62,848 nt of DNA, filler included, from Choristocarpus tenellus KU-1152 (GCA_964200185.2; 12 parts of 12 records of this genome joined end to end with filler, not necessarily neighbours in it); one strand, 5' to 3'; shown: positions 23,688 through 37,454, counted from the whole stretch's first letter. Made by a program: numbers and translations. Notes: generated by a model not told the origin, from the letters alone.

Positions 23688-25935
23688 ATGAGCACATCCT
23701 CCTACTTCTCTCGCCACACCGAGCCTCTGGTACCTTCCCCGCAGTTTGGAGATCGTTCCAACAGTGCTTCTCAACCTCATGGAACTGGACCCCTTGCCAG
23801 GAGAGCATCTGCTCGCACGATCAGCTGCGGTGAGTGTTGTGGTCGAGGATTTGATCCCATGACAGCCCACTTGTCTATGTACCCTCTTCCATTGTGACCA
23901 TCCTTTCCCCTCGAACACTATCCTCACCAGCAATATGCCTGGACAATATCGAGGAGCGGGGTATGCTCGAAAGCTGCTCTCATCCATTCTGTCTCGCGTG
24001 CATTGTTTCCTGGTCCGAGGTCACAAATTCTTGCCCTTTGTGCAAGGCGCGCTTTAACCGCATCACCCGCGTGAACGCCCTCGGCAAGCGTTTTCGAAGT
24101 AGAGGAACTCGGGAGATAGTGGAGGTGAGAAGAGACATGCAGGACTCCAGACCACCCAGCTCTCCTTTTTACATAGTGCGCACAAGAAAAAACCTTCAGT
24201 TTTACTATCAATAGAGTCGTTGCAATTAGGTTCAGTCCAACAATCAATAGAGTCGTTCTATTTACCATGCCACGTGGTTTTTGGACACTCTACTCGGATG
24301 CTGATCTTACCAGTTGTAGTACTGCTGAACACAGTTATTTTTCCCTTTCTCAGGTACCAGACAAAGAGCAGACTATTGAACACCCCTCGGAAGATGAGGA
24401 TGCCGCAGCGAATCTGGCTGGCGACATCAATGGGGCAGAAGGGTACTATTCTCAACCTGGCGCTAATTGGGGTTCGGAGTTTGAAGATCTAGACCACTAT
24501 GTTCTGGATGACTTCGTAGTTCCTGACGAGGAGGTGGAGTGGGAGGAAGTAGCACAAATGACAACCCGGCGTCGCCGCAACAGGAGCACGGTATCATATC
24601 GTACAAGGGAATCTCGTACAGATTTATTGCATGTTGCAGGTAATTTAAAGCTTCAAAATTCTGGAATTGACGGTTGTAATATTTATCCCATGGAAGGTCA
24701 TCGAAGTAGGTCCCACAGAGGTTCTTTTTAAGTGAGAGATACTTCACAAATCTTGGCGAACACGATGGTTGCATAGAACTGATATATTTTGCCTTCCCAT
24801 CATCATATTTCACTTCCTTGCTGCAGATACAGGTCGGAGTACTAACCAGGATAACCTGTTGTCCAGGCGGGAAAGGAGTGCTTCACCTGCAGCATCTGTA
24901 CGGCAAATTCCCAGTCAGCAGGGTGAAAGGGCAAGACGTGCAGCAGGTGGACTGTCACATGGAGGCGAGATACATTCACAAGGCTTGGACTCCAGCCCTG
25001 ATGAAGAGGAGAATGAGTTTGATTGGCAACCAACCCCGAGAGGGATCAATCTACCAAGCCAATCGATATCATCTTGGTTACCTAGAAGGAGACAAAATCA
25101 ACAGGGAGAGACTGACCGACCTGAGGAAGTAGAATATATCCAAGGAAGTGGTTCTGAGGAGGAAGAGGAGTTTGAGTGGGATCCAACACCTGCAATTTCT
25201 TCATCAAATATTCATGGGGTAGCAGGGGGGCAGCCATGTGGAGGGGAGATACATTCACAATGCTTGGACTCCAGCTCCGATGAAGAGGAGAATGAGTTTA
25301 ATTGGCAGTCAACCCCCAGAAGCATCAACCTATCAAGACAATCGGTATCATCTTGGTTGCCTGGAAGAGGATTAAACCGGCGGGCAGAGGCTGGTCGATC
25401 TGAGGATTGGAGAGGTGTCTACAACAGTGGTTCTGAGAAGGAAGAGGAGTTCAACTGGGAGCCAAAACCTTCAAGTCCTTCTGTGAAGATTCGTAGGGGA
25501 CCAGCACCAGTATCTAGGGAGCAACCCATAAAGCAAGATAGAAGGGAGGGGCTGGGTCGAAAGGTGCAACAGGCAAGAGGAAAGACAGAGGATAGCTACA
25601 GCGATGATGAATTTGATTCCCAGCTGGAACTCCCGGCATGCACTGCATGGGTTGGAGATGATCAAAATGATGAAAATAGTTTTAGTCGTAAGAGGTGGAG
25701 GACTAGGGCAAGCCCTTCAGTAGGGTGCCAGGAAAGAGCTGCGGGGGTTGCACACTCCCCGCTTGCAGCTAGATTCCCACGCTGTAGAACAGGTGAAACT
25801 GACCAAAGAACAACCACACAATCCCCCACCATAGACAATTGTGTCATCCGTAGGACCCAAGAAGGAGATGATGGCAGCATTGAAGCAGCCCCAGCAGTGG
25901 GAATCTTTGATGCCTTCAGGTTCCGACCTGACTAG
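23688..25935 (+). CDS. RING-HC (C3HC4) zinc finger protein, PHRF1/SCAF11-type RING, with long acidic disordered tail
   Basis: Exons 23688-23829, 23931-24124, 24354-24639 and 24827-25935, phases consistent. Spliced RING: CAICLDNIEERGMLESCSHPFCLACIVSWSEVTNSCPLCKARF. Confidence 0.9.
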
Positions 25936-26668
25936 TTGGTTGTGGATTATGGTTTAGAGGTAGTTCCTAGGGAGTATTTTGTAGAGAGAGATTATGTTGA
26001 CTGACTCCTTTTTATATTTCCAGCAAGATAGCAAAAATGCATTTTTGGTAAGCAGTGCACCATATTGAAGTTGGGCAGGTGCATTATAGGCAGCACTCAA
26101 CCAGAGGAACCTGTGACAAAGATCTTTACACAAATAAGGGCAAGGTCGAGATGGTCTTAGGGGAGGGTAACTTGACATTGGTAATGCTGCCTACAGCCTT
26201 ATAGAGTAACTAGTGCTTGTACATTGATTTGATTAGGCGCAAGTAATGTGCTCTTGGAGTTCACACATGAGAATCACTCTGTGTACAAGTAATGATAAGA
26301 TCACCCTTAACTGAGCTTTGCAAGAAGATGCGGGGGACCTGCCTTAGGCCAGCTAATCTGAGGAATCTCTGTAGATTGGCTGTAATTATTTTTTAGCACA
26401 TCACTCTCAAATGAGTTTTCATTGAAATGGCTCTTGTTTAGGTGCCGTTGAATTAATTTTCTTACTCTGGGGTACATAACTGGTACAGCTCAGTGCAGTC
26501 CTCACAATTGCTGTTGTGGTCAGGTCCTCTTACCTACTGAACTTTGTAATAGTCTCACAGAGTGCAATATGAGAAGTATTAACTTGAAGAAGTTCATAAG
26601 GCGTTGTCTTGTTGACAACAAATACTCCATCAAATACATGATAGCACCCTTTGGATCAATCAGGTGGC

Positions 26669-29095
26669 TCACATTATCCCCCCATCATCTCCAGTTCCTA
26701 ACAGTGCAACTTCAGGTGGAATACCAGGGTATTCAGAACCCAACTCCAACCGAGCCTCATGCTCAAGGTTTAACAAGGCTAATTCCACCCGACTTGTGAT
26801 AGCACCGTACAGTCTCCTCTCTGCAGCAGATGACTTCCAGAACACATCTCCAATATTGACACCAAAATCATCTCCACCCCCATGGCAGTTCCCTCCTACT
26901 TGTACTAGCCCACCACCGTTGCTGTTCTTGTTGCTCCTGCTCCTGTTACCACCCTCTGCCATGCATCTTTCCGAAGTCCCTTCCAGTGGCATGCTCAGCT
27001 TGTGAAGGGCCCCATGCACTCTGACATGCTCCTCAATGAGGTCGTCAAACACAAGGGCAGGGCCAACCCTTGCTGTGATGCAGTGCCCAGCCCGAGGGAC
27101 AGTGTGAATTATCTTACGAGTGGAGGGATGTAGGGGAACAACATTGGACATGCCTGTATGGAAGATTGGAATTACAGTGGGTGGGGAACTGGAATGGGCA
27201 ATCAGCTTCCCCACACCCCACTTGAGGCGACCATACTTCTCTCGTGATGGGCCTGGACGTCGACCACCTAATGAGCCTGTTTGCACGCATTTTCCCTCTG
27301 CAGGGGAGAGGTGGATGTCATATGCGAGAATGAGGGTGCCGGGTGAGTGCGGGCACTTTTGCAGTCCTAGGGTCTTCACATCTATCATTTGCCAGGGCAA
27401 CTGCTGTAGAAGACATGGAATGGGCTTGACAAAATGATGTGTACTGGCTTCAATGCAGGAGCATTGATTATCTGCTACAAGCGAATGAGGTGATAGAGGG
27501 GAGGAAGCAAAACTATCCAAATGGTCTTTACGTAAAGTTGGCACAAGGTATGTACAAGTGATTCCGTGGAGCAAATGTGCAAACATTACTTGGGCTGGAA
27601 TGAATCCAAGGATGAGGCACATTGGGCTGAGTAGAATAAATTTCAGGCACCTAATAGATGCTCCAATTTTCACATTCTCGATGCATTGGGGATACATGGT
27701 CCTCACCTGGAAATATATGACACCAGCCCCCTGCTGCTGAGCGGCGGTGAAAATTCAGCAGCATTCGCTGATCCACCCCCTGTCCTCTTGCGATGGGCAT
27801 TACCTGCAGGCAGTCATGTCAGAGGGAATGGCTTTGAGACACAAAAACATATGGCAAAGTGGATTTGACCTCACAATACCGGCATTGCATCCACAGTCAC
27901 GCATGACATAGGTTTGGGATGTACACAATTGAATTGAATTTGCCATTTGAAATTTCTATGAACATGACTAATACTCCACATTTTTCCTGTTGGAATCTGA
28001 ACCAGATAGAACCACATCCATGCAACAATCAGACCTGTATCTTGCTGAAATCTATGAAATGTTAGGCATAAAGAGACTATCTATTGAGAGGTTTCAGAGG
28101 AGAGGGGTCATGCCGAATATGCAGTAGACCTTGGCTGCTCCAAAGAGCGTCTCGTGCGCAGACTTCTTGAAGCAGATCTCTTGCGCACAAAGTGTCCAAC
28201 GCACTAAGGAAGGCCTTAAAGTCACGCTCGCAGGCAGCATGGCAATGAAGACCGCAGGATCATCCAAGGGGGAGCAGTGGTTGGAGACAGTGATGAGCGA
28301 CTGACCAGGAGGCCTGGACTTAATGGCTTCCAAAAGAGCGTCACTGTGTTTGTCCTTCTTGAGCTTAAATCTGTTTGATGACGACCAGATTTATTGTTGG
28401 CGTACTTGTAGACAGTTTGTACAGGATAGGAAACAAGGTCGACAAGGTAACAGCAGGGCAACCAAAAAGATTTCCAACATATCACATCGGGGGGTGGATG
28501 CTGTTTGGGTTTTATAACAACACCGTGCCCAGAGTATGTTTCGTCGAACTAGGTATCCTGATTCCAAAGGAACTGATCATGTTCCAAGTATTCCTGTAGG
28601 ATATCTTTCTACTGTTGCAAATCAGGGTTTACCTGCTGTGCGGTCTGGTCGACATTTGGGTCCATGTTTCATTCGTCCCATCGGCCCAGGAGAGCGATCA
28701 AGTCGCGGGACTCCAAATCGGCTCAAAGGGTATCGATTTCGTGCCTCATATCTTGCCATCTTCTGCAACAACTCACTCATTCATGACATGCATCAGGAAG
28801 CTAAACATTGCAGTTCCTCCAGCCATTGTAAAACCCCTTGCCACCTTGATGAGTAGGTCTTCCTCTTTCCCCGCCAGATCACACAGGGGGTCCTGGGGTG
28901 GTTGATTCCATGGTCGAGGACGACACCTAGAGATGACAGGTACAACTGGAAGTTACGATGAGAATAGGGACCCAAAAGACAAATTCCAGTTCTCCAAATC
29001 CAACGAAAGGCGAAAAATCCCACTTACTCATACATTGCTGCGGTGGAAGCCACAACGACTGCACCAAGGCTATTGAGTACCACCTTCCGAATCAT
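26669..29095 (-). CDS. TAZ: Tafazzin (cardiolipin transacylase)
   Basis: Exons 29028-29095, 28777-28926, 28130-28370, 27707-27803 and 26669-27297, phases consistent. Motifs LITVSNHCSPLDDP, RWTLCAQEICF, PIARGQGVDQ, WCHIFPEG, LKWGVGKLI and VIPIFHTGM are all typical of tafazzin. Confidence 0.96.
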
Positions 29096-30011
29096 TCAAC
29101 TCCACACTGGTAGCAAGGAACGTCTTCCAGCAGGAGGTAAGGTGTTGTGTGTTGCCGTGTTCACCTTAGAGCTTGAATTTGAGAATTCTGAACCCAATCT
29201 AAGATTTCTGCCTATAAAAATTCTCTTGCGTGAGACACTGCGACTTGTGAGCCCACTACCAAGCAGTTACAGGCAAACGTATTGCGAGGATGGGTGTGAA
29301 AACGTTGAAAGGTCTTTGACCTCAACAAAGTAGAAAACCAATATATCATACAAATTATCAAAATGCCTTCGATTATTTTCTTTTTTCTGAAATTTTGAAC
29401 TATTATTACACAACAGCATGCCCGCCCTGTGGCGCCATGTGGCGGGTCTATGCCATTGTCCATGACCATTCTCAACCCAACAATTTGAAGTTGAGTTAAG
29501 GGGAGTGCTTCATGATGCACTCATTGCTTTTGGGCTGGTAAGTGTCCTACTGCGTTGTGCGCGGCTTCTTTTTCGGGCGGTAGTGCTCGTGGAGGATGAT
29601 CGCGCCAATGCTCCTTTCCCCTACGGCACAAGGAAAGACAACCTGACCCTTGCTTTGTCATGTTCCTCTCCTCCTCGCCTCTCAGTGCAGCTATCCTTCA
29701 CTTGGCAAATTTCATCCCGGCTCAGGCTTTCTTGGGAAATTCAGTTCTTGTTGGAGGACTACAGGTGCGGCTGCACACCACTCTCTATCACTAGTCCTCC
29801 CAATTCCTTGATAGAGAAAAACGCGTGGTTGTCTCAACTATGTGTATCTCAACATTGGTTGCGTGGCCTGTGGATGGTATTGATGCGCTTTCGTTAACCC
29901 TCACCCGGGATGGTTTTCCTTTGTGTTGATGCAGTGGGCTGGCAGTTATGATAATCTGACGTGTTCTAAGGGACTTGAAACCGTTTAGGGTGAATAGGGA
30001 GAACTCGATGA

Positions 30012-32935
30012 ATGCTTTGTGCCATGATTTTTCAACGTACCCCCCGTTCCTATTCCCTTTTTACACGTCTCGTTACGAAGTCACTCCAATGTAATCTACA
30101 GTGCCAACCATACCGACAGGAGCGAGCAGTTTACGCCCGGTATCTTACGGCGATGTCTACAGTTGATGAAACCTACACCTTGCCACGGGCACCACTTCCA
30201 GACATCTTACTGTCGAATGTACCTGGAACCTGGGCTCATGATACGATGGTGAGGAGCTACTACCTATGCTTCGGGGTTGGAGAGAAAGATGTCCCTGGGG
30301 CTCCACAAGACTTGGCGTGATGGTCACTTCACCTTGCCTTTGACATCAATCTGGGTTTTAATTTGAAGACATGGTGGTCATGTACAATGACCATAAGGAA
30401 CCTATTATGGATGGTGACTAAGAGTGAAGGATTGTTCACTACAAGACGGAATAGTAGATGTTGAACGAAAAATTGTGAAATAGTCTCGCTTTGTCTTGTA
30501 GCTGAAAGATTCGTTGGACCTTGATGTCTATGTGAAGGATGTAAGGGTAGATTCATCTACTCTAACGAGATCCTTTAGCAAGGCACGAAAGGTCAGACAC
30601 TAGCACAAGAAATGTTTGGCCTACAGGTCCTCAAGTTGAGCCAGCCAAAATATTTTCCCTTTGCGTGCTCTTCCCTGAGTTGTTGAATGTAACCATAACC
30701 ACAGCCCTGAGAAGGAAACTAAAAATTTCACGTATTCTCCATACTTCCTTTGGTCTACAACTTCCTCACTGTGCTTGTCTCAGCAAAATATTATCTCATG
30801 CTACTTTGTTCCCATACTACAGGCTCGTCGTGTCCGGGAGAATATTCTGATGCGTATTTATGAGGAGAACAAGATGGACGAGCCCGACATGAAGGACGCA
30901 AAGGCTGGGCTGGATGAGCTAGTGCAGGAACTTGCAACCCCAGAAACTTCCACAGTAAGCAACAACACGACCCATCCTTGTTGAGTTGACCTCCACGGTG
31001 GTCTACACTGCAGATCCAGCTGCACAAAGCTTGCACCTGCAGCCTCATGCATGACCACACTGTGTTGTGAGGTTGGTCTTGTGACGCGAACAGGATGACT
31101 TGTTCCTGCCAGCTTGTTCGACTGAAACAAGTGAACACATATACTGTGTATACTATATAGAAAGACGTGTGTTGAGGATGTGAAATGGGCAGTTGTAACA
31201 CTCTTGGCACTTTCAAGTCTATGCCACTGTGGCAATTATTATAATTGCTCATGTGTCCTCGACGGCCTCAACACGTCATCCATGTTTGACAGTAGAATGT
31301 AGCAGTGAGGGGTCAGGGCTTAGAGGATATGCAGCACAATTATCTAAGCAAGTCCCAGCAGTTTTCAAGGCAACTTTGTTCCCTGTGTAGTTACTGCACG
31401 TCAGGCACCACCATGTACAGGACCGCTGTAGTAGTAGTATTAGTAGTGTGGTGATCATACTTCACTTGTTGGAGAAGGAGGAGCATGCCACTTGCTGCAG
31501 CCTGGCTGTGCATTTCCCAGTCGGGGGGACCTCTGTGTGACCTCTGGCTTCTGCAGGGAGTACCTGTTGAGATATAACCTATAAACGGGCAGGGGGGGGG
31601 GGGGGCGATTCCCAGTATTGTGCAGAAGCAAACTGCTCAGGATTGGGCAGACGGAGGATACGCTTGTTCAGTAGGAGTCACAGGTTCACAATCCGGGAAG
31701 GTTCCTCACCTTGCTTGCGCGAGGTCTCCGAATTTGTACCTTCCTCACCCCCTTGATGTTCCCCCTGTGTCGTTTTTTGCTGATGGATTAGTTACGACCC
31801 ATCTCGGAGGATGGTGGACCTGAGGTTGAGGAGTGGAATCGCATAATGGCGCCATACTTCGGCATGAACTGGCTAGATACCCCGTGGTTGTACTCAGAGT
31901 TCTACATGTACCGTCGGGTGATGGAGGCCTTGGCTTACTTCAAAAAGGGTGTGGATGTGTGCGTTATGTGTGCGTGTGTGTATGTATGTGTGTGTGTGTT
32001 ATGTGTGTGTGTTATGTATGTGTGCGTGTGTTATGTATATATATGTGTGTGTTGTGTGTGTGTGTGTGTTATGTGTGCGTGTGTGTGTTACGCGTTTTGT
32101 GAAGGGTGCAGGAATGGGGTACAGTAGGGAAAGTCATTGCGCTCAAGTCAATGCATCGGTCACTTTTGTAATGGGTTGCTGTGAAGGGGCGAGCCTTGTG
32201 TTGCTCGCCTTGCCTTCCCGGAAGGAGGGCAAGCGCAATACCACGTGGTGGATTGAAGATGCTAACTATGCACTGGTCCTTGGGCGATGATGTACTACAT
32301 ACAGTTGTTGTCCTTTGATTATCTGTTCTTCTGTTGTCTTCCCCTTAACCTTTGTGCAATGTAGTGATTTCATTTCCCCATTGAGAGACTGTACATACGC
32401 CTTTTGTCCTCATGAGGTTTGAGGGCATTTCGCAATGTGCTCGAAAGACTGATGTCCAGATAGCATTGGGGCCAATTTTATTTCGATGGGATCTCCCTTT
32501 CATGTCCCGAAATTAGAAACCAAAGCATGACCATGTCCCCGCCTCCCACCCCCCACTGCCTCTACTGACTCTTGTGTGTCTGGGCTCAGGTGTCGATCCG
32601 TTCTTCAGCCAGAAGATGCTTGGGTTGACGTCAGCGCTTGACTCCATGGAGACATTATCAGAACGCATGCACAAGGATGTGTTGGACGAAGTATGTTGCA
32701 ACCTTCAATCAACCATCACATACCCTTACACATGCAGATTGCTCGCTGTATATTTTCCCCGCTCTGCCCCAGAATCTGTGTGTGTGTGTGTGTGTGTGTG
32801 CCTGGTTGTTTGCTTTAGGAATACTTCTGAAGAGTGTAAAATATAGCATGTGCTCTTGGACACATTGCCACTGCGTCATCTGTTTCTTTTCAATCCATAC
32901 ATACATACGTACAGAATCATGCAGGATCATGCAGG

Positions 32936-32967
<32 letters not shown>

Positions 32968-33209
32968 CACACACACAACACACACATAACACACACACGT
33001 AACGCGTATGTCCACATGCACCTACCTACCTCACTGTGTCCACCTACCTACCGACAACTGAACCGCAGTACTGTGTTTGTTGCTCTGGTCCTATGTTTGT
33101 TTGTCCTATCAGCCTGAGGTTATGGCCTCAGAGGTGGGACTGCGACTGTATTTGAACACTGCTCTGTGGGGTAACCGAATGGACCTTAGCTTGTGGCCGG
33201 TGGACAAAG
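30012..33209 (+). CDS. ARMT1: ARMT1/DUF89 damage-control phosphatase, 5' part (5 exons; truncated by contig end)
   Basis: Exons 30012-30248, 30823-30954, 31792-31948, 32590-32690 and 33113-33209. Motifs GTWAHDTM, WLDTPWLYSEFYMYRRV, DPFFSQK and LWGNRMDLSL. Confidence 0.93.
31949..32090. repeat. Degenerate (TG)n tract directly after the ARMT1 intron 3 donor
   Basis: Directly visible. Confidence 0.9.
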
Positions 33210-33506
33210 GTAGGGACTTTTTTGGAATAGTGGTAAGTGCTGGGTGGGTGGGTGGGTGGGTGGGTGGGTGAGTGGTAGTTGGAAGAATTTGAGATATCAA
33301 GTAGTGTGATCTTGCCAGTGGCCTGCAGACTGTGGATCCTGCCTGAAGTGTCAAGGGGATTCATGCTGGAGGGGATGACGTTGGCTCTTAGCCTGGTTGC
33401 AGCGGTGTTCATGCAAGAGCTGTTTTTTTTTATTATGCACTCTCTCAATGAGATAGGCGTATCATGTGGAATGGAGCTGTGATATTTATATTGGGGGGTT
33501 GTATCA

Positions 33507-33764
33507 GAGCCAAAGTATATTGGAGGGTAGGGCTGCGTCCATTGGGGGCCAAAATCCAATGTTTCAGTTTTTATATAATTTTGGCTATTGTGTTGGTTAG
33601 AAAGTGTCAGTATCCATGTTCCGGACACAAATTTTCACAACGTATACTTTTTACCTACTCCTAAACATTTTGGAGTAGAAAAGTATCATAAAAGAACCCA
33701 TGAGAAGCCAAGCCCCAAATGGACAAACAGGGCAAAACTCATACCCTCTAAGATACTTTCACTC
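33507..33764. mobile_element. MITE family 2 copy
   Basis: GAGCCAAAGTATATTGGAGGGTA ... TACCCTCTAAGATACTTTCACTC, with internal GTCCATT.GGGG/CCCCAAATGGAC. Colinear with 34789-35050. Confidence 0.88.
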
Positions 33765-34788
33765 AAAAAGGAGTACTCATCATATTTTTTATTTTGTCTT
33801 AGCATGGGCACATTGCAGGGCCTTCTTGACACAGCGGATCAACACTGTCTTGCAATCAAACACTGTGTGGCAATCACTCTTTTTCTCATTGCTTAAGAGC
33901 CCCCCCCCCCCCAACCCCCACACCCCTACATTGCGGGGTATATTATCCTGCACGCGTTNNNNNNNNNNNNNNNNNNNNNNNNNNNNNNNNNNNNNNNNNN
34001 NNTTAATTAATTAANNNNNNNNNNNNNNNNNNNNNNNNNNNNNNNNNNNNNNNNNNNNACAGTCACCACCACCCCCCCCCCCCACAAATAGTTTGAGCCT
34101 GCTACGCCAGGGAGGTTTAGTGGGAGAGATAATGTGAGAGTCCACGTTGTGGCTTGTCAGGGCATTACATGCACGTCTTTGGGTACATCATTGATCTTGT
34201 TCCCCTTTCGGTCCTGACTCCGTGTATGTTGGTTGTGCTCCTTCATCCCCTTTGTGTTGTACTTAAGAGTAGTTTTCCTTTATGTTGAATAGCAGAGTAG
34301 TCGTTTTTTGTGTGTGCTAAGGTAGTCAGATTGTGAATTTGGTGATGACCTTGATCTATCTGTGCTGGAACCTATTTGTTTCAGGCTAGGAGCTGGGGCT
34401 GTAAGTTTCACAGGGTTGGTGTGTGTTTATTGTTGGCTTCAGCTGAGTGCATACCTAAGGTTGATGAGTGGGAGAACAGGCCGTATGTCCAGCAGGCTCG
34501 ATTGTAAGTCAAACCTCTAAACGCCTCTGGGAGGGAATCACGATAGACTGGACAAGGCTCATATCTGTCATTAGCATGGTACCAATATGGTAGAGACAAG
34601 ACAGTCAGAGAGTTGGTTAGGGAATCTGACTGAAGGGTCCCTGATCAATTCCTTTTTGTTGATGTTCGGACCCCTCTCTGGTAGAGAATTTGGTCGTGGA
34701 GGACCATCCTTTGGTTGGAAATGTGTCCAAAGAGTTCGTGGATTAAACGTTTGAGTGATGATCCGACCTTCTTGACTGTGAGGTTGGA

Positions 34789-35050
34789 AAGCCAAAGTAT
34801 CCTAGAGGGTAGGGTCGCGTCCATTTGGGGTTCAAAATCCAATGTTGCGATTTTGATGTAATTTGGCTACTGTGTTTGTTAGGAAGTCCCAATATCCTTG
34901 TTCTGGACACACCTTTTCATAGCGTATACCTTATTTTACCTACTCTGAAACATTTTGGAGTAGTAAAATGTCATAAAGAAATCCCATGGGAAGCCCAGCT
35001 CCAAATGGACGAACAGGGAAAAACTCGTACCCTCTAAGATACTTTCACTC
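34789..35050. mobile_element. MITE family 2 copy
   Basis: Same structure as 33507-33764, flanked by TGG(A) on both sides. Confidence 0.88.
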
Positions 35051-36776
35051 TGGAGTTCCTCCATTTGTTGTTTGCATTCCCCATTTTCACGTGTAGTAAC
35101 ATGCACAAGCTACTTGTCTCTGCTTTGGACTTAGTTTGGCAAACTGCTTTCTCAATAGAGCAATATCAAAAACTGACACCTTTTTGGGGTCCAGTCGCGT
35201 GAGTGTCTTGAATTTTGGATCCTCTGTATTGTTGATTAATTCCTTGTTTTTCTTACCGGAACACTCTCTTGGCACACTGGTCTTATTGTGCTCTCCTTCT
35301 TTGTACACAATTTGCCTCACCCTCTCCCCTTTCCTACATGTGGTTAAGTCCCATTGTTTCAATTGGGTATGAGGGGGTTATGTGTATTTATTATTATTGT
35401 TGGGCACTTGACTGTGTTCTCAGAAGGCATCGCCTCCAGATAAAAGGAAAAGGGAGATGACTTGGAGACAGAACTGTCTTATCCTGCCGAGCCTGAGGAG
35501 TTGTAAATGGGTGAGGGAACTGCGGCTATCGAGGCAGAAATGAGCTTCTTGGATAGGAAGGAGGTTGCTATGCCGAGAGTCTTACAAGGGATGCAAGGAA
35601 GTATATAGGGGCGCCTGTGCCTTAGTTTATCATACTCCGAAATAGGAATTTAGAGGCTACCCTTGTTGATAACTCCCACCTTAAAAATTACTTGTATTTG
35701 TAATCAGATGTCATATGTTGGTCAGGTGGAGAGGTTTCTTATCCTCCATTTTTTGGTTCATAGAGAGAGCAAGGAAAATGGTAGGGGAGGAAAGACGGCG
35801 ATTGGCTCTGGATCAGATTGTGTGTCCCTCCTTAGGGAGGCAGTGGACGATGCACTCAGTGATCCGTAAGGGTTTGATCTATTTTCAGGTTTTCTCAAAC
35901 TTCCATAGGGCAGAGGACTTGTTGAACCTTGGTAACATGTGGGTGCCATTAAGGAGGGTCTGGTGACACTGGTGTCTCCCCAGGGACCACCTGGCATCCG
36001 TTCAAGTTGATCTCTGCAACCTTGGTTGTGGGGATGAGATATGGCCGGTGTCCTACTGACAAAAACCGAGTTGAGATTGTTGGGATCGTACAAGAGACCA
36101 CACGTCTTGCTTTCCTCTGGTCCATGAGCATGTGGTAGCAGAGGATGATTGGGAGCAACATTTTCCTACTGTGCACACTAAACCTTAGGATTTCCCTTCC
36201 AGCCTTTTCTGATTCCCTCCAACTGGCGCAGGGAATTCCTTGGCACTCCTCTGGCCAATGCCTTGCTCGCTCTTTCCCCTGTAGGAGCCAGTGTTTATTC
36301 CCTCTAGGACGGCCAGAATGGTGAGAGGGCCGAACTCGTGGAAACCCAGGGGTGGGGAAGGGATGACTCCCATGACTCTCTTCTAGGTTGGGGCATTGTG
36401 GATGAGGATAGGGTAGAGGACTAGGATGAAAGCGATAGGAGGTATGGACGCGGGTCTGAGGGGACAGCGGAAGTTATGCCTATATCCCAACCTTTGGAGA
36501 AGTACCCCCTTGGTTTCCGACTGTTGTGTTGGTGGGAATACCGTCCTTATCCAGAGAGGGAGAGATACACGGGAAGAGTCTAAGTGACCTGGTGGGATGC
36601 TGCCTCGATTCTCATACCCAAAGTAGCTGGGGGGGAGGGGGNNNNNNNNNNNNNNNNNNNNNNNNNNNNNNNNNNNNNNNNNNNNTTAATTAATTAANNN
36701 NNNNNNNNNNNNNNNNNNNNNNNNNNNNNNNNNNNNNNNNNTGGAGGCGACATTTTGGAGACTCCCTCCTCCCACT

Positions 36777-36963
36777 GACCCAAAGTATCTGCGGGGGGGG
36801 GAGGGTCTACACCAGGGTGTTCATTTGGGCCATAACCAGGAAAATTGGAAAATCGAACTTACATTATCCATGCAACGTATGCAACCAAATCACCCAAAAA
36901 TCGCGACATGGCAAAATTGGCCCCAAATGGACAGCCGCCACCACCCCCCAAATACTTTGAGCC
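36777..36963. mobile_element. MITE family 1 copy (full length)
   Basis: GACCCAAAGTATCTG...AAATACTTTGAGCC with the conserved core ATGCAACCAAATCACCCAAAAATCGCGACATG. Confidence 0.9.
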
Positions 36964-37391
36964 AAATGTATCTTTTTGTCCTTTCTAGGGATCCTCAAAA
37001 TACAACCCTGCCTACCTCTAAATTTGTTTGGCTCTCAGAATATGAACAAATACCTTTTGCTAATTACATTTTACACAGTTAACATCATCAGAGGGCCTCA
37101 AATACTCTTTACCACAACTCTCACTCTCCATTTCGGATTGACCATGTCAGCAAAGGGAGGGCTTTCCACGTTGCAGGTCATTCTTCCATTTCTTCTGGCC
37201 CCTCTACTCTGGACGACAAATCAAGAAATAGGGTAAATTGCACACATAAAAAATAAAATACAAAATAACGGCCTTCAAATGCAAAAGCGGACAAAACCTG
37301 CCTACCTCTTTTGTGATCTGATTGGACAAGCAGGAAATTTTGTTGTGATCTGATTGGACAAGACCTGCGAAGAGCAATCTGCCCTACCCAA

Positions 37392-37454
37392 AAAGGTTAA
37401 AGGTTAAAGGTTAAAGGTTATAAAGGTTAAAGGTTATAAAGGTTAAAGGTTAAA
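37392..37454. repeat. Heptamer tandem repeat (AAAGGTT)n with AT insertions
   Basis: About 8 units, directly visible. Confidence 0.9.

Noticed and set aside
26669-27706. 345-aa ORF as a stand-alone gene
   Set aside because: Its first ~136 codons are tafazzin intron 4 read through by chance. Only 26669-27297 is exon.
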